Under the pieces are notes generated by a model. The model had not been told where the DNA came from and ran no database searches. It saw only the letters and a program-made list of their open reading frames with translations. Shown one piece after another: positions 41,098 to 49,975 of a stretch of 64,000 nt of DNA. The stretch lies in the NCBI GenBank assembly GCA_965208105.1, contig OZ242318.1:4512001-4576000 (forward strand). Reading direction: 5' to 3'. The stretch comes from Candidatus Latescibacterota bacterium. GTDB lineage: Bacteria > Latescibacterota > UBA2968 > UBA8231. The translations under genes and the position numbers were made by a program. How positions within the stretch are numbered: the stretch's first letter is position 1; the number at the start of each line of letters is the position of its first letter.

Positions 41098-43044
41098 ATG
41101 AGCACTGTGGAGAAAATCGCACCCCACATCACCCTGCGGGCATTGGTGCTAGGGGCGCTGACCATCGCCGCCACCTTCTACTACGCCATCACCGAAATAC
41201 AGGGGCGCGGGATGGGGGGGCTGGTGAACTCGCAGCTGCCCATCATCGTCTACGTTCCATTTGTCACCTGGTTGTTCCTCAACGTCGTCCTCAAGCGCTT
41301 TTGGCCCGCCATCGCCCTGAAGCAGGGGGAGCTGCTCACCATTTTCTGCATGCTGTGGCTCGTGGGCACGGTGCCCCACATCGGCTGGAGCACCTATTTC
41401 GCCATCTGGCTTGCCGCACCTGCCTATTTCGCCACCGCCGAAAACCAGTGGGCCGAAGTCCTCTTCAACGACATCCCCTGGCACTACATGCCCGCCACCA
41501 CCGACCGCGTTCTCACCGGGTTCTTCCAGGGCTTGCCCCAGGGTGCCTCCATTCCATGGGATGGATGGTACGGCGCCGTCGCCCACTGGCTCGTCGTATC
41601 CATCGCCATGGTGATTTTCGGTTTCTGCCTGGTGGTGCTGCTGCAGCGCCAATGGGAGGAGGGGGAAAAGCTGACCTTCCCTCTTGCCCAGCTGCCGCAG
41701 GACCTCACCGCCGGCTTCGACGGCAAACGCAGTATTCCGAACATCTTCGCTTCCCGGGTGTTCTGGATCGGGTTTTCTCTTGTTTTCCTGCCCATTCTCT
41801 ACAACGTCGGCACCTACTTCACCCCAGGGCTGCCCACCCTGGACGTCTACTGGAAGCGCTATACTATCGAGCTGGGGGCGGGATACCCGCTCCTGTACTT
41901 CCGCATCATGCCCCTGGTCATGGCGGTCACCTACCTGTGCCCCCTGGACATTCTCGGCAGCATGTTCCTCTTCCACCTTTTGGCGGTGGTCAAGCGCGTG
42001 GTCATGCTGCGCTTCGGATTCACCCTGGGCAGCGAAGGGGTGCCGCTGACGGAGAGGGCCATCCTGCACCTCGAGAGCTACGGCACCATGATCTTCGTGG
42101 GACTGTGGACGTTCTGGCTGGCGCGCGGCCATCTGCGCCGGGTATGGCGCCAGGTGCGCGGCGAGGAGGGAGGGGACCCGGAAGAAAGGCGGCTCTATCG
42201 CCTGGCTCTGGTGGGCCTGGCGGCCTCGGCCGCCTACGTGCTGGGCTTCATGGTCTTCATGGGCATGAGCCTGCCCCTGGCCCTGCTGGCGTTCACGGTC
42301 ACCACCCTCACCTACCTGGTCATCATGAAGCTCATCGCGGCTACCGGGTGCGCCTACCTGCTTACCGACTGGGATCACATGAAGGCCAAGACCTTCGTGC
42401 ACCAGCTGGTGGGGACCGCCCACATCTCGCCCCAGAACTACATAGCCTACCGCTTTTTCGGCGGCCGCGCCTTCTTCGGCAACCTGCGCCTGCCCACCTG
42501 GCCGGCCCTGCCCCACGTGCTGAAGATTTTTTCGCTGCGCCACCGGCCCCGGTGGGTCGTGGCGTTGATTCTCACCGCCTTCCCGGTGGGATTCCTGGTG
42601 GCGGTGGCGTCCACCCTGGAAATGGCCTATCGCGGCGACGGCCTGGCCTACTCCTCAGGGGGAACCATCGCCCACTTCACCAGCATCGTCACCAACCTGG
42701 CCAATCCGCGGATGGTGGACCCGGAGCGCTGGATGGTTTTCATGACCGGCTTCTTCGAAGGTGTGGTGCTGGCCGTCCTGCGGGCGCGCTACCACTGGTT
42801 CCCCCTGCACCCCGTGGGCCTGGCCTTCCAGTACACCATCGTGACCGTCCTCTACTGGTTCAGCTTGTTTCTGGTCTGGCTCGCCAAACTCACCCTGCTG
42901 CACTACGGCGGCGTGCGCGCCTATCTGAGCGCAAAACCTTTCTTCTACGGGCTGGGAATCGGCTACGTGGTGGGGATCATTCTCTCGGTTACGGTGGACC
43001 TCATCTGGTTTCCTGCAGCGGGCCATTTCATCCACGGGTGGTAA
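41098..43044 (+). CDS. DUF6785/DUF6784-type polytopic membrane protein (OPT-transporter-like)
   Basis: ITLRALVLG, QRQWEEGEKLTFPL, WFPLHPVG, YGGVRAY..KPFFYGL; many TM helices. Confidence 0.8.
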   Translation: MSTVEKIAPHITLRALVLGALTIAATFYYAITEIQGRGMGGLVNSQLPIIVYVPFVTWLFLNVVLKRFWPAIALKQGELLTIFCMLWLVGTVPHIGWSTYFAIWLAAPAYFATAENQWAEVLFNDIPWHYMPATTDRVLTGFFQGLPQGASIPWDGWYGAVAHWLVVSIAMVIFGFCLVVLLQRQWEEGEKLTFPLAQLPQDLTAGFDGKRSIPNIFASRVFWIGFSLVFLPILYNVGTYFTPGLPTLDVYWKRYTIELGAGYPLLYFRIMPLVMAVTYLCPLDILGSMFLFHLLAVVKRVVMLRFGFTLGSEGVPLTERAILHLESYGTMIFVGLWTFWLARGHLRRVWRQVRGEEGGDPEERRLYRLALVGLAASAAYVLGFMVFMGMSLPLALLAFTVTTLTYLVIMKLIAATGCAYLLTDWDHMKAKTFVHQLVGTAHISPQNYIAYRFFGGRAFFGNLRLPTWPALPHVLKIFSLRHRPRWVVALILTAFPVGFLVAVASTLEMAYRGDGLAYSSGGTIAHFTSIVTNLANPRMVDPERWMVFMTGFFEGVVLAVLRARYHWFPLHPVGLAFQYTIVTVLYWFSLFLVWLAKLTLLHYGGVRAYLSAKPFFYGLGIGYVVGIILSVTVDLIWFPAAGHFIHGW

Positions 43045-43127
43045 TGGGAATCAGCCGCCTGGAACTGAAGGCCGTGCAGCCCGGAACCCGGGGCCGAGGG
43101 GCTTCAGCCCGAGGATGTGGGGACCCT

Positions 43128-45197
43128 TCAGGGGGAAGAGATCAGGAAAGGACCCGGGCGTCCCTCCAGGACCTGTGGCAGCTCGTTGTTGGCCGCCGAT
43201 CTGCGCGTGCCCTCGGCGAGATCGACCACCGAGAGCCGGCCGCCGCCGCGGCCCCCGGATTCGAGCCTGGGCAGGGCCGGGGACCGGCCGCCGGGCATTA
43301 CCAGCCAGTGGCGCCTTTGCTCGCTTTCGAGGCCGAGAACCCTGGTGCAGCCGGCTTGCTGAACGGGAAGCGGACGCCAGGGTTGTGGGGAGGCGAAAAG
43401 GGCGCTGTTGAGGCATCTCACCGAGTGAAAGGCCCGCCTGGGGTTGGACAGGCGGTCCAGCAGCCCGTGGCCCGGGTCGTTGGTGCGGTCCAGGTCGACG
43501 AAGGGGGAAAGAAAGAGGCGGCAGCCCGGCATCATGGCGGCGGCGAAGAGCGCCTCGGCGGCGCGCTCGGCAGCCAGGTCCTCGTCCGTGCCGGTGAGTT
43601 CGACCACGCAGTCGAGGCGGCCGATGCGGGACAGGGGCAGGCGGGCGCAGAGGCTGCGAAAGGCGTTCCAGAGAGCGGCTTCCGCGTCCAGGTGGCAGAG
43701 GACGCGGTCCAGATGCAGGCCCAGAGCGCCCAGGCGGCGGTCCAGCTCCTCGAGCTCCCCGGGACGATAGCCGATACGGGTGCGGGGGTGGTACTTGGAG
43801 GGGCTGCTTTCCCGGGCGAGCAACGGCGCCAGCACCGCGGGCTTGCCGAATTCGCGGCTGCAAAGGGCCAGCGCGCGCAGGCAGTCTGGTTCCGGCCACA
43901 GGGTCCCCGGCACCTGCAATTCCATGCTGTCGATGCATGCGGCGGACTTTTCGAGGGAGCTGGCGAGGCTGCGGCGGTCAGACCAGAGCCAGACCGCCGC
44001 GATTTCCACTCCTTCCTCCCGCAGCAGCGCCAGGCGCCGGCTCTGGAGCTCGTCGCCGAGGTCGGAGGCCGGCACCCGGATGTGGCGCACGCCGGCTTCC
44101 AGGCAGGCGAGGAGGGGATGGTCGTCGCGCACCCGCTGGCGCAGGACGCTGGGCCAGGCGAGGGCGCCTGCACTCTGCTGCGCCAGCGGGGTGCGCAGAA
44201 AGAGCCCCGCGGGCGATGCCGCGAGGTCGTGGGAGGTGCGCGTCAGCAGGCGCTTCCATCCCCTTTCAGAACTTTGCGCGCGGGTGGCGCCGCCGCTGCG
44301 CACGAAGTGGACCCTGGTCCCTGCGGCGCAGACCCGGAGCAGGTAGAATCCGAGCTTGGCGGTGTCGTTGCGGCCCTGCTCCTCGGGGGGAGCCACGGAG
44401 AAGGCCTCGTAGAACCCCGCCCGCGAGGTGGTGGTGGACGGGGCCACGAGGACCCGGGTGGTGCCGACGCGGTTGAAGGCTCGAAAGTGAGTATGCCCCG
44501 AGAGGAGAAGCTGCACCCGGTGACGGCGCAGGAGTTCGGTGAGCCAGCTTCGCGCCGGCTCGTCGATACTGTTGTAGAATCCCCGGTCCGGCTCTTCCGG
44601 GTCGACGAAGAAGGGAGGCATGTGCATGAAGAGGAAGATGGGCCGGCCCTGGTTGGCGGCCAGGTCGCGCTGTGCCCAGCTTCGCTGCTCCTCGGCCTCG
44701 GCCAGAGGGCCGTTCATGATCTGGGAGTTGAGCACGACGAAGTGAATCCCGCCGCGGTCGAAGCTGTACCAAGAACGGCCGAACTGCTCGTGGTAGGCGG
44801 CGAGAGTCGCGGCGCTGACCCGATCGGACCACATGGCAGGGTCCGGTTTGTCGCCGATGTCCATGTTGCCGGCCACGTGGTAGGGCCGTATGCCGCAGCG
44901 TTCCATCTGGGCGAGGGCGGCCCGCCTGGCGGCGGTGAAGCCGTCCTTTTGGGGGTTCTCTTCGGTGAGATCGCCCAGGTGAACGACGAATTCCGGTTCC
45001 AGCGCGGCGGCCAGGCGGAGGGCCCATTCGAGGCGCCCGGGCCACTGCTTGACCGAGGCGAACTCGACGGCGTAGGGCTCGGGATCGAGGATGTAGTGGG
45101 TGTCGCCGATGACGACGAATTCGAGTTGGGCCCGGGGCAGAAATGAGCGATCGAATTGCGGGATGGTCTGGCCAGGGCCGTCGGGTTTCCGCTTCAT
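43128..45197 (-). CDS. Calcineurin-like metallophosphoesterase with uncharacterised C-terminal domain
   Basis: GDTH, HLGD, AGNMD, FMH.P, SGHTH. Confidence 0.82.
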   Translation of the reverse strand: MKRKPDGPGQTIPQFDRSFLPRAQLEFVVIGDTHYILDPEPYAVEFASVKQWPGRLEWALRLAAALEPEFVVHLGDLTEENPQKDGFTAARRAALAQMERCGIRPYHVAGNMDIGDKPDPAMWSDRVSAATLAAYHEQFGRSWYSFDRGGIHFVVLNSQIMNGPLAEAEEQRSWAQRDLAANQGRPIFLFMHMPPFFVDPEEPDRGFYNSIDEPARSWLTELLRRHRVQLLLSGHTHFRAFNRVGTTRVLVAPSTTTSRAGFYEAFSVAPPEEQGRNDTAKLGFYLLRVCAAGTRVHFVRSGGATRAQSSERGWKRLLTRTSHDLAASPAGLFLRTPLAQQSAGALAWPSVLRQRVRDDHPLLACLEAGVRHIRVPASDLGDELQSRRLALLREEGVEIAAVWLWSDRRSLASSLEKSAACIDSMELQVPGTLWPEPDCLRALALCSREFGKPAVLAPLLARESSPSKYHPRTRIGYRPGELEELDRRLGALGLHLDRVLCHLDAEAALWNAFRSLCARLPLSRIGRLDCVVELTGTDEDLAAERAAEALFAAAMMPGCRLFLSPFVDLDRTNDPGHGLLDRLSNPRRAFHSVRCLNSALFASPQPWRPLPVQQAGCTRVLGLESEQRRHWLVMPGGRSPALPRLESGGRGGGRLSVVDLAEGTRRSAANNELPQVLEGRPGPFLISSP

Positions 45198-45374
45198 TGC
45201 AACAAATATAGGCCCTGGACCCGCTGCCGAGAATTGTCTTTAGCAGGGAGCATGCAGCTTAACCCTTGCAGGCGGAAGGAGAATCCGGAGGGTTCGCCCA
45301 TGTGGGACCACCCTCCGGGCCCAATGCGCCGGCACCCCGCGGGCGAATCGGACCCGGTGGAAGGAGGCATCTTC

Positions 45375-46931
45375 ATGGATCAGGTGGACCACGACGCAAT
45401 CATTGTGGGAGGCGGCCACAACGGCCTGGTGGCGGCGGCCTACCTGGCCGCGGCCGGGATGGACGTGCTGCTGCTGGAGCGCCGCCACCTGCTTGGCGGG
45501 GCCTGCGTAACCGAGGAGTTGTTTCCCGGCTATCGCTTCTCGGCATGCTCCTACATCTGCCACCTGCTGCAGGCCAAGGTCATCGAGGACCTGGAGCTGC
45601 GCCGCTACGGATTCGAGGTTTTTCCCCTCGATCCCGAGCGCTTTCAGCCCTTCGCCGACGGCAGGCGGCTGCTGGTCTGGGACGATGTGGAGCGGACACA
45701 GGAAGAGATCGGCCGCTTTTCGCGCCGCGACGCCGAGAGCTACCCGCGTTGGCTTGCCTTCTGGAAACGGGCGGCGGCCATCATCCATCCCCACCTGCTC
45801 AGGCCGCCCCCGGGTCTCGGGGAGATTGCCGCCAGGGCGCGGCGAGTCGGTGACGAGGCTTTCCTGGAGCGTTTGCTCAAGGTCAGCATGAAGGAGGTGG
45901 TGTGTTCGTTCTTCGAGTCCGAGCCGGTGCGCGGCACCTTCGTCCACGCCCACGACGTGGGCGATCCGGGGGCGCCTGGCAGCGCCTGGTGCTACGCCTA
46001 CATCAAGTGCAACCTTCTCGGCCGGGCAAGGGACAAGGGTATCGTCAAGGGCGGTATGGGCGGAATTACCAGGGCCATGGCCCGGGCGGCGCGGGCGCGC
46101 GGCGCCGTGCTGCGCGAGGGAGTCGAGGTGGAGCGGGTGCTGGTGGAGGACGGCAGGGCCGCCGGCGTCGCTCTCTCCGACGGCACCGGAATCCGCGCCC
46201 GGGTCGTCGTCTCCAACGCGGACCCCAAGCGCACCTTCCTGAAGCTCGTCGGGCGCGATGAGCTGGGAGCCGAATTTGCGGACCGGGTCGAGAGGCTGAA
46301 GACGCGGGCGGCCTACCTGAAGTTCCACGCCGCACTCAGCGCCCTGCCTGACTTTTCCTCCTATTTCGACGGCGACTTCGACCCTCGCTATCTCGCCGAG
46401 GGCAAAATCTGTCCATCCATTGCCTACCTGGAGCGCTGCTGGGACGAGGCGAGGCGCGGCGAGCCGGCGCGGAGCCCGGTGATGGAGGTGCAGATTCCCT
46501 CAGGCTATGACCCGGGCATGGCGCCGCCCGGCCATCACGTGATGTCGGTGTGGGCGCTGTACGCGCCGGTGCGGCTGCGGCGGGGGAGTTGGGAGGACCG
46601 GCGGCGGGAAGCAGGTGAGAGCCTGATCGACACCCTGTCGGCCTTTGCCCCCAACCTGCGGGAGGTCATGGTGGACTGGTCCCTGTTTACCCCCGCCGAC
46701 ATGGAGCGCCGTATCGGGTTGACCGACGGCAATATCCGCCATCTCGACATCGTCCCCGACCAGTTTCTGGCGCACCGGCCTCTGGCGGGCTGGGCAGACT
46801 ACCGCACTCCCATCGCCAACCTCTACCTTTGCGGCGCCGGCACCCATCCGGGCGGAGAGGTTACGGGAGCGCCCGGGCACAATGCCGCCGCCGCAATTCT
46901 GCGGGATTGCGGGGCGGCGGGTGAAGATTGA
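45375..46931 (+). CDS. Phytoene desaturase-family FAD-dependent oxidoreductase
   Basis: GGGHNGLVAAAYLA, LGGAC, GGMGGIT, LYLCGAGTHPGGEVTGAPGHNAA; AAGGAGG RBS. Confidence 0.9.
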   Translation: MDQVDHDAIIVGGGHNGLVAAAYLAAAGMDVLLLERRHLLGGACVTEELFPGYRFSACSYICHLLQAKVIEDLELRRYGFEVFPLDPERFQPFADGRRLLVWDDVERTQEEIGRFSRRDAESYPRWLAFWKRAAAIIHPHLLRPPPGLGEIAARARRVGDEAFLERLLKVSMKEVVCSFFESEPVRGTFVHAHDVGDPGAPGSAWCYAYIKCNLLGRARDKGIVKGGMGGITRAMARAARARGAVLREGVEVERVLVEDGRAAGVALSDGTGIRARVVVSNADPKRTFLKLVGRDELGAEFADRVERLKTRAAYLKFHAALSALPDFSSYFDGDFDPRYLAEGKICPSIAYLERCWDEARRGEPARSPVMEVQIPSGYDPGMAPPGHHVMSVWALYAPVRLRRGSWEDRRREAGESLIDTLSAFAPNLREVMVDWSLFTPADMERRIGLTDGNIRHLDIVPDQFLAHRPLAGWADYRTPIANLYLCGAGTHPGGEVTGAPGHNAAAAILRDCGAAGED

Positions 46932-47097
46932 CCACCGGTTCCGGGTCGGAGGCAGGACCGTGAGGTTGAACCAGGCGGGTCCGGGAGGACGCGGCAGTCA
47001 TCGCGGGAAGGAACCGTTCGTGGTTGCGATGGTCTCTTCTGGGAGGGCCGGCCTGAAGGGAAATCTGCAAGGACCCGCATTGACTGAAAATCCTGCC

Positions 47098-49887
47098 ATG
47101 AATCGGCCGAAACCCACTGCGAGCCCCCGGGAATTCCTTCCGCCTCGGTTCCATGGCTTCCCGAGGAGAAGGCAAGGGCCCGTCCACCTTCACATCAGGC
47201 CCTTTTCCATACGAGCCGCCCTCGCCATCCCGGCCTTTTTCATGGCCCTGGCCGGGTATACTCCCCTGCTCCTGGCTCAGTCGCTGGACTTCGCTCCTCC
47301 AGAGCCGCAAGGTCCCGCCAAAATTCAAAGCTCCTTGTGGGATCTGGCCACGGAGGGAAACGTCGCGCCAAAGCCTGTCGAGAGGGACGGCTCTCGGGAC
47401 ATGCCCGGCAGGGTCGTGGTCACCCTGGTTCCATATCCCGGCAAGGGGTCGTCTTCCATAGACCCTTCTTCATTTGCCGAGCTCGGAATCGAGGTACTTG
47501 CACGGTCAAACAGCCTGTTGAGGGTTTCAGCCCCGGGACATTCTCTGCCGGCACTTTCCAGGCTGGCTGGAGTAGGCTTCGTGCGCGAGCCCTTCCACCC
47601 CATTCTCCGGTCGACGATCAGCGAGGGAGCCGCCCGCATCGGCGCCAGGGTCAAACACCGGGAGGACGTACGGGGAAGGGGGGCCAGGATCGCCATCATC
47701 GACGCAGGGTTCAAGGGAGCCGACAGGCTGGGCCGGGACATGCCCGAATCGTGGCGGTATCGCGACTTTACGGGAAAGGGAATATACGCCGGCGACGGTC
47801 ATTCCAGGCACAGACATGGGACAGCCTGTGCCGAAATTGTTCATGACGTGGCTCCGGACGCAGAGCTGGCCCTTTTGAAGGTTGGCGACCTGGTCGACCT
47901 GGAGAACGCCAGGGATTACTGCATGCGGGAAGGGATCGGAATAGTCAGCCACTCCCTTGGCTGGATGGGAACAGGGTTCGGCGACGGCCGCGGCCTGGCG
48001 TGCGACATCGTGGACGCCGCGGCCGAAAGAGGAATATTGTGGGTGAACGCCGCGGGTAACGAAGCAAGGAGCCATTACACGGGGGTCTGGTCCGACCGGG
48101 ATTCCGACGGCTGGCACAATTTTTCCAGGGATGATGAAGTATTGACCATTCAGGCGGCGGCCGGCGATTCGATTCAGGTGATGTTGACCTGGAACGATTT
48201 TCCCGCCACCGCAGAGAACTATGATTTATTCCTCTATTTCATGGATAAATCGGAAATTCCCGAAGAAGTCGGCCGCAGCGTAACCAGACAGAATGGATTC
48301 GGGGCCGACCCTCCGGTGGAATGGATAAAATACGTGGTTGAAGAGTCGGGCGAGTATGGGATAGCCGTCGGCAAGGCGGACGGCGCTCTGTCGAAAAGGT
48401 TGAAAATATGGTCATACAACCAGGAAATCGACGAGTATGCGGTGGCGCGGAACAGTATGGGGATTCCCGCGGACGCCAGGGGAGGCATGAGCGTCGGGGC
48501 GGTCAATCACCTGGAGTGGAGCGCGGATCAGGTTGAATACTACAGCTCCAGGGGACCCACCACCGATGGACGCATCAAACCCGACCTGGTCGCTCCCACC
48601 CGTGTTTCCACCGTTTCCTACGGACCGGGCTCCTATGCCGGAACCTCTGCTTCTGCCCCCCACGTGGCCGGGGCAGCCGCCCTGATCAGGTCGGCAAACC
48701 CATCCTACTCGGGAGCCGATTTGTGGGAGGCGCTGGTAGAGGCCGCCGTTGACATAGAAGGCTACGGGAGGGACAACCACTCCGGATACGGGAAACTGGT
48801 CCTGGCTCAATCCATCGAGCCGCAAATCACATCGGCTGATCCAGCCAAAATACGCTACAACCAGGTCCTGACTCTCCGCGGAACGGGTTTTGGTGAGGAC
48901 CGGCGCGAGGGCAGGGTGATTTTCCACCAGGCAGGGGAACCCAGGCCATCCCAATATGTAAGCTGGAGTGATACCCTGATCGAGGTGAGGGTGCCCGCGG
49001 GTGCGCGCCGCGGCGACCTGCAGGTCGAGACGGTTGGAGGGAGCGCCACGGTCCCGGTGAAAATCACTTCTCCCTGGGTCAGAAGCATCTCTCCCGCCAG
49101 CGGCCGGACCGGGACCCTGGTCACCGTATACGGGGAAAATTTCGGCTTTTCGCGGAAGAACGGCATGGTGAGGATCGGATCGGCGGCCATTTCTTCGGTC
49201 CCCACCTGGTCCATCACCACCATCAGGTTCCGGATTCCCCTCAATGCCCGCTCGGGGGAACTCCGGGTCAGAACCCCCGAAGGAACGAGCAACGCCGTCA
49301 CCCTCGAGGTAACGAGCCCCTACCTGGGCCGGGTGTCACCAGGCCGGGTGAAACCGGGAGACCGTCTGACCTTGACCGGATCCAACTTCGGCAAGGTGCG
49401 GGGGTCCGGTTACGTCCTTCTGTGGCCCGAGGTCCGGCCATCCACTGGAGATTACGTGACCTGGAGCGAAGGCAGAATCGTCGTCGAGGTGCCGGACCGG
49501 GCGGCCAGCGGCGATGTGCGGGTGGTTACGGACCAGGGATCATCCGGGAGCAGGCGCCTCGAGGTCGAGGCCGGGGAGCTCGACCGTTTCGCCGGCCCGG
49601 AGGCCGCTGGCGGCTCCGGCTTCGGACGTCCCTTTCCGGCACCATTCAATGCAGCTGTGACCATACCATTTTCCGTCTCGGTCCCATGCCCGGTGCGGAT
49701 TTCGGTCCACAACCTGATGGGACAGAGGGTTCGCGTCCTGCGCGATGGCTGGAGCCAGGCCGGAGCGCACCAGGTCCGCTGGGACGGCCGCAGCGATTCA
49801 GGGGCCGAGGCGGCGTCGGGAGTCTACTGGGCCTTGCTCCGGACCGGAGGCACGGCCCGGTCCACCAGGCTGTTGCTGATTCGATGA
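47098..49887 (+). CDS. S8 subtilase with three IPT/TIG repeats and FlgD-like C-terminal domain
   Basis: IIDAGF, HGTACA, NAAGN, GTSASAPHVAG; repeats LRGTGFG / VYGENFG / LTGSNFG; PAPFN..WDGR..SGVY. Start uncertain. Confidence 0.88.
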   Translation: MNRPKPTASPREFLPPRFHGFPRRRQGPVHLHIRPFSIRAALAIPAFFMALAGYTPLLLAQSLDFAPPEPQGPAKIQSSLWDLATEGNVAPKPVERDGSRDMPGRVVVTLVPYPGKGSSSIDPSSFAELGIEVLARSNSLLRVSAPGHSLPALSRLAGVGFVREPFHPILRSTISEGAARIGARVKHREDVRGRGARIAIIDAGFKGADRLGRDMPESWRYRDFTGKGIYAGDGHSRHRHGTACAEIVHDVAPDAELALLKVGDLVDLENARDYCMREGIGIVSHSLGWMGTGFGDGRGLACDIVDAAAERGILWVNAAGNEARSHYTGVWSDRDSDGWHNFSRDDEVLTIQAAAGDSIQVMLTWNDFPATAENYDLFLYFMDKSEIPEEVGRSVTRQNGFGADPPVEWIKYVVEESGEYGIAVGKADGALSKRLKIWSYNQEIDEYAVARNSMGIPADARGGMSVGAVNHLEWSADQVEYYSSRGPTTDGRIKPDLVAPTRVSTVSYGPGSYAGTSASAPHVAGAAALIRSANPSYSGADLWEALVEAAVDIEGYGRDNHSGYGKLVLAQSIEPQITSADPAKIRYNQVLTLRGTGFGEDRREGRVIFHQAGEPRPSQYVSWSDTLIEVRVPAGARRGDLQVETVGGSATVPVKITSPWVRSISPASGRTGTLVTVYGENFGFSRKNGMVRIGSAAISSVPTWSITTIRFRIPLNARSGELRVRTPEGTSNAVTLEVTSPYLGRVSPGRVKPGDRLTLTGSNFGKVRGSGYVLLWPEVRPSTGDYVTWSEGRIVVEVPDRAASGDVRVVTDQGSSGSRRLEVEAGELDRFAGPEAAGGSGFGRPFPAPFNAAVTIPFSVSVPCPVRISVHNLMGQRVRVLRDGWSQAGAHQVRWDGRSDSGAEAASGVYWALLRTGGTARSTRLLLIR

Positions 49888-49975
49888 CGGCTGATTGATG
49901 ATCCCGTCCTGGGGCCCGAGCATTCGGTCCCCCCCGGGGCCGGGAGCATGTGCGGGAGGCCGCTCGATCATCCAT

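Noticed and set aside
43048-43059. GGAATCAGCCGC shared with 49983-49994
   Set aside because: Only 12 bp, no extension or shared structure; compatible with chance.
40830-45146. 1438-aa ORF and other long shadow ORFs (33216-36146, 58102-59970, 20009-22507)
   Set aside because: Off-frame or antisense to well-supported genes; mostly Arg/Pro/Gly-rich or motif-free, as expected from stop-codon scarcity in high-GC DNA.
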